From assembly GCA_036171555.1 (NCBI GenBank), contig JAVHRH010000069.1, positions 1 through 29,385 on the forward strand: a stretch of 29,385 bases of DNA, in the 5' to 3' direction. The position numbers were made by a program, and so were the translations under genes. Position 1 is the stretch's first letter. Every line of letters begins with the position of its first letter. The stretch comes from Parcubacteria group bacterium. Its GTDB lineage: Bacteria > Patescibacteriota > Minisyncoccia > Minisyncoccales > JAVHRH01. The notes under the pieces were generated by a model. The model was not told the DNA's origin. It was given only the letters and a program-made list of their open reading frames with translations, and did not search any database. Shown here piece after piece: positions 15,626 through 25,131 of the stretch.

Positions 15626-16327
15626 TTATTTTCCCGCTACAATATAAATATTAGTTCTCGGATCTTTTCCCTCGCGCCAAACTTCTTTTATTTTGAATCC
15701 GGCTTCTTTGGTTAAACTTACAATTTTTTCTTTGGTAAAACAATGGAAATATCTTTGGACAACAACTTTTCCTTTATCATTTTTCCAGGGGACAAAAACA
15801 TCAAAAAAATCAAACTTTGTCTTGCCTAATAGTTTTAAAAAAGCGTATTTCAAAAAAAGCTTCCAACCTTCTTTTCTTTTCCAAAAATCCCAAACCCTTA
15901 ACATCAATATGCCTCCCGGCCGCAAAACCCTTTTCGCTTCTTTCAAATATCGAATTTGGAAATCTTTCGAAGGAATATTATGTAAAACGGAAATGCTATA
16001 AACCTTATCGAAAAAATTATCGGGAAATGGTAGATTTAAAGCATCGGCTATTTCAAACTTAGCTTCGGGATAACTTTTTTTGGCGATACCAATCAATTCT
16101 TCAGACGAATCTATCCCGAAATAATCTACTTTTTTATCTTTCAAAACGCTGAAAAATCGACCGCTGGCACAACCCGAATCTAAAATTTTATCGCTTTCTT
16201 TGGCGTAATCAGCTAATAATTTGATGTCTTCAGGGATAAAAGACCTTGTTCTGGTATAGTCTTTGGCGGTTAAATTATAATTTCTTCTGGTTTCTTCTAA
16301 CAGATATTTAGCGTAATTTATATCCAT
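15626..16327 (-). CDS. Class I SAM-dependent methyltransferase, Trm9/ALKBH8-like
   Basis: ILDSGCASGR (motif I), GIDSS, ADALNLPF, SISVLHN, DVFVPW and RYFHCF. Start set at MDINY (16327); the track's longer start lies antisense inside elp3. Confidence 0.8.
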   Translation of the reverse strand: MDINYAKYLLEETRRNYNLTAKDYTRTRSFIPEDIKLLADYAKESDKILDSGCASGRFFSVLKDKKVDYFGIDSSEELIGIAKKSYPEAKFEIADALNLPFPDNFFDKVYSISVLHNIPSKDFQIRYLKEAKRVLRPGGILMLRVWDFWKRKEGWKLFLKYAFLKLLGKTKFDFFDVFVPWKNDKGKVVVQRYFHCFTKEKIVSLTKEAGFKIKEVWREGKDPRTNIYIVAGK

Positions 16328-17870
16328 GAATGTCTTAGAAAAAGCAATTTTAGATTTAATCAAAACGAAAATTAAAGATTCCGATGGTTTGGCTTTGGCT
16401 AAAAGGAAAATGGCCAAAAAATATCGAACACAGTGTCCCTCCAATATCTCTCTACTCAAAATCTACCATGAATTAGCCAAAAAAGGAAAAATTAAAAAAT
16501 CGCTTAATTTTGAATCGCTTTTGAAAACAAGGCCGATCCGTTCGCTTTCCGGCATTGTCAATATCTCGGCTCTAACCAAACCTTATCCTTGCCCGGGGAA
16601 ATGTTTATACTGTCCGATTGAAAGGGGCATTCCCAAAAGTTATGTTTCCGGTGAACCGGCCGTGGAAAGAGCTAAAAAATTAAACTTTGATCCTTATTTG
16701 CAAACCAAAAAAAGAATTGAAATGCTGGAATCGGAAGGCCATCCGACAGATAAAATAGAGCTGAGAATTATCGGCGGCACTTGGAGTTATTATCCCGAAG
16801 CTTACCAAGAATGGTTTATAAAAAAATGCTTTGAGGCTTGCAACGAAAAAGCCGGCCAAACCCTGAAAGATGATCAAAAATTTAACGAGAGAGCAAAACA
16901 TCGAATGGTTGGCTTATCTGTTGAAACCAGGCCTGATTTTATCAATAAAAAAGAACTCGAACATTTGAGAGAATTGGGAGTCACCATGGTAGAATTGGGC
17001 GTTCAATCGATTTATGACGATATCTTGAAAAAGAACCTCAGGGGCCATGGCGTTAAAGAAACAATTTTGGCCACTAAACTGTTAAAAGATGCCGGGTTCA
17101 AGGTTTTGTATCAGATGATGCCAAATTTATTGGGCTCCAGTTTAAAAAAAGACGAAAAAATGTTCGAGGAATTATTCAAAAATCCCGCTTTTCAGCCGGA
17201 TTTGCTGAAAATTTATCCCTGCGCCTTATTAAAAACAGCTCAATTGTATCGCTCTTGGCAAAAGAAAAAATACCGGCCTTATACGGAAAAACAACTGATA
17301 AAACTGGTTGAAACGATTAAAAAGAAAATTCCTTACTATGTCAGAATCCAAAGGATCACCAGAGATATTCCTTCCAAAACTATTGTGTCAGGCCCGGCTA
17401 AAATTTCCAACCTGCGCCAAATTTTGCTTGAAGATATGGAAAAAAATAAATGGCACTGCCACTGTATCAGATGCCGAGAGATAAAAGAAAATTACGACCC
17501 GAAGGAAAAAATTTATCTTTTCAGAGAAAACTATTTGGCCTCAGACGGTCAGGAGATATTTTTAAGTTTTGAAAATAAAACCAGGTCAAAACTTTATAGT
17601 CTGCTTAGGTTGCGTCTTGCTTCCGACCGTCTAGCTGTCATCCGTGAACTCCACACTTACGGTCAACAATTATCAATTGGTCGAGGTTCGACCTCGACCA
17701 ATTCACCGCAGCATAAAGGATTGGGTAAAAAACTGATAAAAGAAGCCGAAAAAATTGCCAAAAAAGAATTTAAGATAAAAAAAATCAGCGTTATTTCCGG
17801 CGTCGGCGTCAGGGATTATTTCAGGCAACTGGGCTATAAATTAGAGAATACTTATATGGTAAAAAGTTAA
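16326..17870 (+). CDS. elp3: Elp3-family radical SAM/GNAT tRNA uridine(34) acetyltransferase
   Basis: CPGKCLYC cluster motif, GGTW, ETRPD, ELGVQS, RGHG, MPNL, PDLLKIYP, RITRDIP, CHCIRCRE, RELHTYG, QHKGLG and GVGVRDYF. Confidence 0.92.
   Translation: MNVLEKAILDLIKTKIKDSDGLALAKRKMAKKYRTQCPSNISLLKIYHELAKKGKIKKSLNFESLLKTRPIRSLSGIVNISALTKPYPCPGKCLYCPIERGIPKSYVSGEPAVERAKKLNFDPYLQTKKRIEMLESEGHPTDKIELRIIGGTWSYYPEAYQEWFIKKCFEACNEKAGQTLKDDQKFNERAKHRMVGLSVETRPDFINKKELEHLRELGVTMVELGVQSIYDDILKKNLRGHGVKETILATKLLKDAGFKVLYQMMPNLLGSSLKKDEKMFEELFKNPAFQPDLLKIYPCALLKTAQLYRSWQKKKYRPYTEKQLIKLVETIKKKIPYYVRIQRITRDIPSKTIVSGPAKISNLRQILLEDMEKNKWHCHCIRCREIKENYDPKEKIYLFRENYLASDGQEIFLSFENKTRSKLYSLLRLRLASDRLAVIRELHTYGQQLSIGRGSTSTNSPQHKGLGKKLIKEAEKIAKKEFKIKKISVISGVGVRDYFRQLGYKLENTYMVKS
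17675..17703. repeat. Perfect 13-3-13 palindrome inside elp3
   Basis: aattggtcgaggt-tcg-acctcgaccaatt, encoding part of SIGRGSTSTNS between RELHTYG and QHKGLG. Confidence 0.8.
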
Positions 17871-18991
17871 GCAGTTAGCTTTTGCAATCTCGCTTGAGCT
17901 TCGGTCTTTTCTTTAAGAGAAACGAGGCTCTTTTTTATTCCTCGCTCTATCACGGCTAAAGTTTTGTCATAAGTTACCCGGTCAACGAAATAAGGGGTGC
18001 CGTCTTTGCCTCCCACGGAAAAAGTGTATCTCGCCGGATCTTCATAAGAAGGTTTGGCACCATAAATTATCTCCGCTACCAAAGACAAAGCCCGGATGGT
18101 CTTAGGGCCGACGCCTTTTAATGACAGCATGTTTTCGAAATCCGGCGGTTTTTGGCTATTGACGGAAAAAATAGTTTTAGCCAATCTTTTCAAATCAAAT
18201 TTTTCGGTTAGGACTTTGTGCCAATGAAACTCTCGGTTTGGCAGAAACATCTGGGTCAGATTTTTTTCTCTTTTGGTTTGGATCAAGTTCATGTCATCAA
18301 TAAACTTGTTCGGCTCGTCTATAACTAAATCCAAAGAAACGTCTTTATTCTCGCGGCTGATTTTAGCCGTTAAATTTAAGGGAGATTCTTTCACTTGAGC
18401 CGCAATGCCCGCATGCGGTTCTTCGATGAAATCCGGTCCATTGCTTTTTTCTTTCATAATTGTTGATAGCCAGTGATAACGCCGGGCGGTCTGATTGTTA
18501 ATATTCATGCCTTGCTGGATAACCGCCCATTGGCCGGACTTGGTAAAGAGAAAATTATGCTGATAAATCTGATAGCCGGATTGGATTAGACTTGAGTCAA
18601 CTTTGGCCGCCATTTTGGAAGCATAAATCAATTTTGGCGCGAAAGACAACTGCCGGGAAACGCCGTAAGCTTCGATTTCCATTGGAGTCGCCCTCGCTTC
18701 TTTTTTGCCACCACAAACAAAAAGACCTAACCGGTCCTGAAGTTCAAAAAGGCCTGCTTTTAACGCCCCCAGCGTCGTTACGGTTAATCCTGAAGAATTC
18801 CAGTCAAAACCCATAACGCAACCCAAAGATTGAAACCAAACCGGGTCGGCCAATCTTTTTAGAAATTCTTCCGGCCCGAATTCTTCAACAATCGCGATGG
18901 CAATACCGCGACCCAATCTTTTCATTCTTTCAAAAAGCCAATGCGGGCATTTACCGTAATCAAGAGGAACCGTGGCAATACCTGTCCTCAT
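17867..18991 (-). CDS. DUF763-family protein
   Basis: G.A..PL..GKCP.WLF.RM, DP.WFQSLGCVMGFDWNSSGLT, QQGM, ARRYHW, GVGPKTIRAL.LVAE and DPARYTF..GGKDG.P motifs. Confidence 0.85.
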   Translation of the reverse strand: MRTGIATVPLDYGKCPHWLFERMKRLGRGIAIAIVEEFGPEEFLKRLADPVWFQSLGCVMGFDWNSSGLTVTTLGALKAGLFELQDRLGLFVCGGKKEARATPMEIEAYGVSRQLSFAPKLIYASKMAAKVDSSLIQSGYQIYQHNFLFTKSGQWAVIQQGMNINNQTARRYHWLSTIMKEKSNGPDFIEEPHAGIAAQVKESPLNLTAKISRENKDVSLDLVIDEPNKFIDDMNLIQTKREKNLTQMFLPNREFHWHKVLTEKFDLKRLAKTIFSVNSQKPPDFENMLSLKGVGPKTIRALSLVAEIIYGAKPSYEDPARYTFSVGGKDGTPYFVDRVTYDKTLAVIERGIKKSLVSLKEKTEAQARLQKLTA

Positions 18992-20220
18992 ATACCGAGT
19001 TTTAATTTCTTAAACTCTTCCCTGACGATGGCGCGGTCATCCCAAGGAATTTTTTGGCCATGAGCCAGCATCAGCCAGGGCTCGCAACCCTTGCCGGTAA
19101 TGATAACCGTGTCGCCAGGTTCGGCTAATGTTATGGCTTTTTTAATTGCTTCTTTTCTGTCTAAAATTTTAATTACGGGAGATTTGGCCTTAACTATGCC
19201 GGCTTCAATTTGATTAAGAATTTGAAACGGCTCTTCATCGTAAGGGTCTTCGTTGGTCAGAATGATTTTGTCGCAATAATTAGCTGCTATTTTGCCCATT
19301 TCAGGCCTTTTCCATTTATCTCTGCCGCCGCCAGCCGAACCTAAAACACAAATTAATTTAGGCTTTAGGCCATAGGCTTCAGGCGTTAGGTTGTTTAGTG
19401 TTTGGTAAACTTTTTCCAACGCATCGGGAATATGAGCATAGTCAACAATTACCTTGAATGGCTTTTCTACTACGGTTTCCATTCTGCCCGGAATTCCTGC
19501 CGTTTTTTCGATTGCTTTTCGGCAAATTTCTAAACTGATTCCTTGTGATAACCCGACGCCGATGGCCGCCAAAGCGTTATAAATATTAAACTCGCCCGGC
19601 AATTGAAGCTGAAGTTTAATATTTTTATTATTAATGTCGCCTTGGCTCAATCCGTAAGTAATTTTTTTCCTGGCTGGAAATTGCAGGAAATATTTCGCAT
19701 TTTCATCTTCAACGTTAATGATGTGGATGTTTTTTGTGACCGAGAAAAGCTTGCCTTTGGCTTTTTTGTAGTTTTCAAAACTGCCATGCCTCTCAATGTG
19801 CTCAGCCGACAAATTGGTAAAAACCGCGGCATTAAAACGGATGAATTCGTGACGGTGCTGCGAAATCCCTTCCGAAGTCACTTCTAAAACCATATACTGA
19901 CAACCTTGGTTTAGAGCTTGACGAAAAAATTTTTGGATCTGAAAACGACCGGGCATCGTCATTTTCAAAAGATTCGGTTTTTCCTTGTTGTTTATTTTAA
20001 AGCGAATGGAGGATAAAGAGGCGACCTTGAAACCGGCTGCTTGGAAAATGCGATGACAAAAATCAACTACGGTTGACTTGCCTTTGGTGCCGGTCACGCC
20101 GATAACTACCAAGTTTCTGGAAGGAAAACGGTAAATAACCGCTCCCAGAAAAGCTAATCCTAAATGGTAAAAATCCAGTAAAAACGGCGGAATGAATTTT
20201 TTAATAAAATCTTTTATCAC
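18988..20220 (-). CDS. murE: Mur ligase, MurE-type
   Basis: GVTGTKGKST P-loop, LEVTSE, FTNLS.EH, NALAA, GRME, VDYAH, GGGRD..KR..MG, EDPYDE, GKG.E; GTG start. Confidence 0.8.
   Translation of the reverse strand: MIKDFIKKFIPPFLLDFYHLGLAFLGAVIYRFPSRNLVVIGVTGTKGKSTVVDFCHRIFQAAGFKVASLSSIRFKINNKEKPNLLKMTMPGRFQIQKFFRQALNQGCQYMVLEVTSEGISQHRHEFIRFNAAVFTNLSAEHIERHGSFENYKKAKGKLFSVTKNIHIINVEDENAKYFLQFPARKKITYGLSQGDINNKNIKLQLQLPGEFNIYNALAAIGVGLSQGISLEICRKAIEKTAGIPGRMETVVEKPFKVIVDYAHIPDALEKVYQTLNNLTPEAYGLKPKLICVLGSAGGGRDKWKRPEMGKIAANYCDKIILTNEDPYDEEPFQILNQIEAGIVKAKSPVIKILDRKEAIKKAITLAEPGDTVIITGKGCEPWLMLAHGQKIPWDDRAIVREEFKKLKLGI
19358..19392. repeat. Degenerate 7-bp tandem array inside murE
   Basis: ttaggct-ttaggcc-ataggct-tcaggcg-ttaggtt. 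Confidence 0.7.
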
Positions 20221-20253
20221 GAAGATAATTATTTTTTAATAATTATCGAGTAG

Positions 20254-20288
20254 AGATGAAGGCAAACCCGAAGGGGTAAACTTCATCG
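20254..20288 (+). repeat. Hairpin element B2
   Basis: agatgaaggcaaacccgaaggggtaaacttcatcg; exact 35-bp reverse complement of 15250-15284. Confidence 0.9.
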
Positions 20289-20393
20289 ATCACAAAAATA
20301 ATTAAGGAATCCTTCTTCGACTTATTCTATTTTAACGCAGCTTGAAAAAGTAGCAAATTTAAGTTAAAAATAATAGTTAACTCAATCATCTCG

Positions 20394-22358
20394 ATGGCAA
20401 AATTTCACTTAGTATCAAAATTCCATCCTACGGGCGATCAGCCGAAAGCAATAAGGAAATTGGTTCAAAATCTGAAAGCCGGGGTAAAAAACCAGGTGCT
20501 TTTAGGAGTGACGGGCTCGGGCAAAACTTTTACCATGGCTAAAGTCATTGAAAAAATTCAAAAGCCGGTTTTAGTCATCTCCCCAAATAAAACTTTGGCG
20601 GCTCAATTGTATCAGGAGTTCAAGGACTTTTTCCCGCAAAACGCAGTCCATTATTTCGTTTCTTATTATGATTATTATCAGCCTGAAGCTTATATCCCCC
20701 AGACCGACACTTATATTGAGAAAGATGCCAAAATCAACGAAACTCTCGACAGATTGCGGCACAGCGCTACCCAAGACCTGCTGACAAGAAAGGACGTGAT
20801 TGTCGTGGCTTCAGTTTCCTGTATTTACAACATCGGCTCGCCGGAAAACTACCAAAAAATTTCTTTAGAGATAAAAAAAGGACAAAAAATAAAAAGAAAA
20901 GATTTTCTGATTCATTTGGCGGCTTTACAGTATCAAAGAAACGACATTGAATTTAAACCCGGAGTTTACCGCGTCAGGGGCAACAATATAGATATCTATC
21001 TGATAACCGGAGAGAAAATCTTGAGGATTGAATTTTTGGAAGATGAAATTGATAAAATCTCAATTGCCAAACCAGATTTTGATTCTAAATTCAACGTTCT
21101 AAATTCAACCTTCAAATTGTATCCGGCTCACTTTTGGCTAAGCCCCCAGGAAAAATTAGGACTGGCTATCGAAAATATAAAGCTGGAGTTGCAAGAACAA
21201 TTAGAAATTTTACGCCAACAGAAAAAATCAGTTGAGAACCAACGACTGAGACAAAGAACCAATTTTGATTTGGAGATGCTGACTGAAACCGGCTTTTGCC
21301 ATGGCATTGAAAATTATTCCCGGCATTTAGAATTCAGAAAACCGGGACAGGCGCCTTATGCTTTAATTGATTATTTTCCCGGCGATTTTTTAGCTTTTAT
21401 CGATGAATCACATATAACTTTATCTCAAATAAGGGCTATGGCCGTTCAAGACAAAATCAGAAAGAAAACTTTAATCGAATATGGCTTTCGCTTGCCCTCA
21501 GCTGTTGATAACCGACCCTTAACTTTTAAAGAGTTTGAAAAAAAGATAAATCAAGTTGTTTATGTTTCGGCTACTCCTTCGGAAGAAGAAAAAAAGAAAT
21601 CAGGAAAGAAGCATATTATTGAGCAATTAATCAGGCCGACGGGACTTTTGGAACCAGCCATAGAAATCAGACCAACTAAAAATCAGATTAAAGATTTGAT
21701 GGCGGAAATTAAAAAAAGAGCTGAAATTAAGCAAAGAACTTTAGTTTTAGCCTTAACCAAAAGACTGGCCGAAGCAGTGGCTGATTATTTGACTGAAAAT
21801 GGCCTCAAAGCACGCTGGCTGCATGCTGAAATAAAAACCCTGGAAAGACCGCAGATTTTAAAATATTTTCGAGAAGGCAAATATGATGTTTTGGTCGGAA
21901 TTAATCTTTTAAGAGAGGGCATTGATTTGCCTGAAGTTTCTTTGGTCGCGATCCTGGATGCCGACAAGGAAGGGTTTTTGAGGTCGGAAACGACGCTCAT
22001 CCAAACTATGGGCCGAGCGGCCCGGCACTTGGAAGGCAGAATTATTCTTTACGCCGATAAAACTACCCGCTCAATCTCAGCTGCTATCGCTGAGATAGAC
22101 AGAAGAAGAAAAATTCAGCTGGCTTACAACAAAAGATACAAAATTCAACCCAAACCGATCGTCAAAGAGATAAAAGAATGGCTTTTTTCAAAAAAAGAAG
22201 AAGTAAATGCTGAATTCGGTTTGGTTAATGATGTAAAAATATTGGAAAAAGAAATGAAAACGGCCAGCCAAAACCTTAATTTTGAAAGAGCGGCGGAAAT
22301 CAGGGACTTGATCCTTCGACTCCGCTCAGGATCAACCCTGAGAAAGCCGAAGGGTTGA
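20394..22358 (+). CDS. uvrB: Excinuclease ABC subunit B
   Basis: PTGDQP, LLGVTGSGKTFT, SYYDYYQPEAY, GIENYSRHL, DESH, SATP, RPTGLL, GINLLREGID, QTMGRAAR and C-terminal FERAAEIRD. Confidence 0.98.
   Translation: MAKFHLVSKFHPTGDQPKAIRKLVQNLKAGVKNQVLLGVTGSGKTFTMAKVIEKIQKPVLVISPNKTLAAQLYQEFKDFFPQNAVHYFVSYYDYYQPEAYIPQTDTYIEKDAKINETLDRLRHSATQDLLTRKDVIVVASVSCIYNIGSPENYQKISLEIKKGQKIKRKDFLIHLAALQYQRNDIEFKPGVYRVRGNNIDIYLITGEKILRIEFLEDEIDKISIAKPDFDSKFNVLNSTFKLYPAHFWLSPQEKLGLAIENIKLELQEQLEILRQQKKSVENQRLRQRTNFDLEMLTETGFCHGIENYSRHLEFRKPGQAPYALIDYFPGDFLAFIDESHITLSQIRAMAVQDKIRKKTLIEYGFRLPSAVDNRPLTFKEFEKKINQVVYVSATPSEEEKKKSGKKHIIEQLIRPTGLLEPAIEIRPTKNQIKDLMAEIKKRAEIKQRTLVLALTKRLAEAVADYLTENGLKARWLHAEIKTLERPQILKYFREGKYDVLVGINLLREGIDLPEVSLVAILDADKEGFLRSETTLIQTMGRAARHLEGRIILYADKTTRSISAAIAEIDRRRKIQLAYNKRYKIQPKPIVKEIKEWLFSKKEEVNAEFGLVNDVKILEKEMKTASQNLNFERAAEIRDLILRLRSGSTLRKPKG
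21082..21116. repeat. Degenerate 7-bp tandem array inside uvrB
   Basis: attctaa-attcaac-gttctaa-attcaac-cttcaaa. Confidence 0.6.
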
Positions 22359-22359
22359 T
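22312..22359 (+). repeat. REP-like inverted doublet forming the uvrB 3' end
   Basis: tccttcgactccgctcagg (22312-22330) and a degenerate inverted partner cctgagaaagccgaaggg (22337-22354); encodes LRLRSGSTLRKPKG*. Confidence 0.7.
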
Positions 22360-22390
22360 TAAAAAACTGAATTATGGTAAATAAAGATAT

Positions 22391-22657
22391 ATGCCTATTA
22401 CTAAGGCGGCGAAAAAAGCGCTGCGACAAAACAAAAGAAGAAGAATTAAAAATTTGCAGAAAGATAAAAAATTGAAAGATCTCTTAAAAGAGATCCGGAT
22501 TTTAATCGTTGAGAAAAAAATAGACGAGGCTAAAAAATTATTACCGCAGGTTTATAAGACCCTGGATAAGGCAGCGAAAACTAATCTGATTAAAAAGAAT
22601 ACGGCTACCAGAAAAAAATCAAGAATAGCCAAATTTTTGGCTAAATACTCGAAATAA
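22391..22657 (+). CDS. rpsT: 30S ribosomal protein S20
   Basis: MPITKAAKKALRQ..RR...N and DKAAK...IKKNTA.RKKSR motifs. Confidence 0.97.
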   Translation: MPITKAAKKALRQNKRRRIKNLQKDKKLKDLLKEIRILIVEKKIDEAKKLLPQVYKTLDKAAKTNLIKKNTATRKKSRIAKFLAKYSK

Positions 22658-23573
22658 ATAAATCTAAAGCCACTTCAGGATCAACCTTGCCCGTTTTGAT
22701 ATCAAGGTCTACCTCAAATAACTTTTGGTAGATTTTTTTTAATTCCAAAAAGGTAAATTTTGCGGCTAACTCATAACTTTTTCTAACCACAAAAGGATGC
22801 ATTTTAGTTTCTTTTAAAATAGCGTAATAAGGCCTGTTCTTTTCCATTAAGTCTTTGATGATTAATAAATTTCTCAACTGAAAATTAATCATGGAAAGTA
22901 AATATAAAACCGCTTCTCCTTTTTGCAGGTGATGATGAATTAAAGAAAGCGCTTGTTTTTTGTTTTTTTGCGCGATCATGCCGATTGTTTTAAAAATGTC
23001 GGTCTCGATAATCGGCTTGACTAAAAGTTTTATATCTTCAACCGCAATCGTTTCACCCTTTTTAAAGTCAGCCAATTTTTTAATTTCATTGGACAGTTGC
23101 CAAAGATCAGAACCTACATAGTCTAAAAGCAGATCCAATGCCTGAAGGTTAATTTTAACCTGTTGGTTAGCCAACTCTTTTTCCAGCCAATTTTCAAGCA
23201 ATCTTCCTTCTAAAACGGCGAATTCCTGCGATTTGGTTTTTTCTTTTAACAAATCGAGCAGTTTTTCCTTTTTGGGCGCATCTTCTTCATAGACGACAAG
23301 GAGGTCGGAGGAGTCAAGAAGTTTTTTATAATTTTCCAATAATTTTTCCTTAAAAAGCTTGTTGGCAAAGATATTTCGGATAACAATCATTTTTTTCTCA
23401 CCAAACATAGAAATCTGTTGCAATCCGTCAATTAAATCATTAAACGGCTCGCAGCTAGCGTCAAAATATTTTAAACTTAAACCTTCGGGATTGGTTTTTT
23501 TATATCCGTCAATCATCTCGTTTAATTTTTGCCGCGACCGGTAAGTATCCGGTCCATAAAGAAAAAACAGCAT
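22641..23573 (-). CDS. holA: DNA polymerase III delta subunit
   Basis: LYGPD.Y, SMFGEKK, G.DLWQL.NEI.KL, HPFVV.K and D..IKTG motifs. Confidence 0.9.
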   Translation of the reverse strand: MLFFLYGPDTYRSRQKLNEMIDGYKKTNPEGLSLKYFDASCEPFNDLIDGLQQISMFGEKKMIVIRNIFANKLFKEKLLENYKKLLDSSDLLVVYEEDAPKKEKLLDLLKEKTKSQEFAVLEGRLLENWLEKELANQQVKINLQALDLLLDYVGSDLWQLSNEIKKLADFKKGETIAVEDIKLLVKPIIETDIFKTIGMIAQKNKKQALSLIHHHLQKGEAVLYLLSMINFQLRNLLIIKDLMEKNRPYYAILKETKMHPFVVRKSYELAAKFTFLELKKIYQKLFEVDLDIKTGKVDPEVALDLFISSI

Positions 23574-23574
23574 A

Positions 23575-24306
23575 CTATAACTGACAATTAGGGCAAAAAT
23601 GCGCGCTTCTGCCGCCTATTTTCACCCTTTTAACCAGACCTTGGCAACGATAGCACTTTTCACCTTCTTTACCGTAAACTTTCAAATGTGAAAAATAACC
23701 GCCGGTCCGGCCATAGACATCGAGATAATCCTGAGAAGTCGTACCGCGTAACTTTATGGCTTTGGCCAATATTTTTTTTATATTAAGACAAATCTGCCTG
23801 ATCTCTTGTTTATCCAGAGAACTCGCCTTTCGCAACGGATTAATTTTAGCGGCAAACAAAATCTCGTCAGAATAAATATTGCCGATACCTGAAATTACTT
23901 TTTGATTCATTAATAATGACTTAATTTTGACTTTCGGATGTTTCTTCACCATGTCTTTGAAAGTTGACGGATCAACGTCCGGAGCTTCCGGCCCGAATTC
24001 TTTCTCTATCTTACTCGTATCTTTAACTCTTTTCCACCAGCCGAATTTTCGCACATCATTAAAAATTAAATTGGTACCATCGTTAAAATAAAAAACCCGG
24101 CGAGTGTGAGCCGAAGGTTTACCGTTAAAAATCAACTGGCCGGTTAATTTTAAATGGAATAATAAACTGCCGTCCTTCTTAAAATCGATGATTAGAAGCT
24201 TGGCTCTTCTTCTTACGCCCGTGATTAATTTTCCGTTTAATCTCTTGCCAACGATTTCTTGCGCCAGTTGTCGACGAATCGTTTCTACTTCCGGCAATTC
24301 AGGCAT
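23575..24306 (-). CDS. mutM: Formamidopyrimidine-DNA glycosylase
   Basis: MPELPEVET, RRAK, HLKLTG, D.RKFG, GIGNIYSDE and the C-terminal CYRC...CPNCQ zinc finger. Confidence 0.95.
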   Translation of the reverse strand: MPELPEVETIRRQLAQEIVGKRLNGKLITGVRRRAKLLIIDFKKDGSLLFHLKLTGQLIFNGKPSAHTRRVFYFNDGTNLIFNDVRKFGWWKRVKDTSKIEKEFGPEAPDVDPSTFKDMVKKHPKVKIKSLLMNQKVISGIGNIYSDEILFAAKINPLRKASSLDKQEIRQICLNIKKILAKAIKLRGTTSQDYLDVYGRTGGYFSHLKVYGKEGEKCYRCQGLVKRVKIGGRSAHFCPNCQL

Positions 24307-24676
24307 TGGTTTTGAGAATTGACTGAATTTTTTCGATTATTTCGCCCGGAGTAAAATGAGCCTTTATTAAATAATCATTAGCTCCTAATTTTAAACCTTT
24401 TTCAATATCTTCTTTCTGCCCAAGGTTGGAAAGAATAATGACGGGGATCGCGACTAAATTGGCCTCGGCTTTTATTCGAGATAAAACTTCGAAACCGTCA
24501 ATGCCGGGCAAGATTAAATCAAGCAAAATTATATCAGGTTTTTCTTCTTTGGCTTTCTTGACCCCTTCTTCGCCGTCAATGGCCTGAACGACATTATATC
24601 CCTCCTTAACCAGCTTTTGGCTGATTAATTCCCTTAAAAATTTGTCGTCCTCAACAACAAGAATAGTTTGCGGCAT
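24299..24676 (-). CDS. Stand-alone response regulator receiver
   Basis: VVEDD, ILLDLILP (phospho-Asp), LSN, YLIK; no output domain. Confidence 0.92.
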   Translation of the reverse strand: MPQTILVVEDDKFLRELISQKLVKEGYNVVQAIDGEEGVKKAKEEKPDIILLDLILPGIDGFEVLSRIKAEANLVAIPVIILSNLGQKEDIEKGLKLGANDYLIKAHFTPGEIIEKIQSILKTNA

Positions 24677-24681
24677 AAATT

Positions 24682-25053
24682 TTATTTACCTATCTGCTTA
24701 ATAACTTTAACGAGAACTTCTTGCGGCTCAAAGTTAGTTTTAATCAACCAATCCCTGGCTCCCAATTTTTGGGCCTGGCTGATTTCAACGGGCTGGCCGG
24801 AATTAGAAACAATCACAATGGGAATTTTTTTCAGCTCGTTATCTTTTTGGACCTCCTGCATCACTCCAAATCCGTCGATTTTGGGCATAACGATATCCAG
24901 CAAAATAAGATCGGGCCTTATCTCTCGGATTAATTTTAGACCTTCTTCGCCGTCTCGGGCAACCGAAACGTCATAACCTTCCTGGCTTAATTTTTTCTGG
25001 AGCAAATTAAGAAGAATTTCTTCGTCCTCGACTATTAGAATCTTTTTAGCCAT
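24682..25053 (-). CDS. Stand-alone response regulator receiver
   Basis: IVEDE, ILLDIVMP, VSN, WLIK; no output domain. Confidence 0.92.
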   Translation of the reverse strand: MAKKILIVEDEEILLNLLQKKLSQEGYDVSVARDGEEGLKLIREIRPDLILLDIVMPKIDGFGVMQEVQKDNELKKIPIVIVSNSGQPVEISQAQKLGARDWLIKTNFEPQEVLVKVIKQIGK

Positions 25054-25131
25054 ACTTTATTATATCAAATTTTATTAACTAATTAAAACTCCTCGAACTC
25101 CCGACTCACAAGGAGGGAGAGAGAAGAATTA

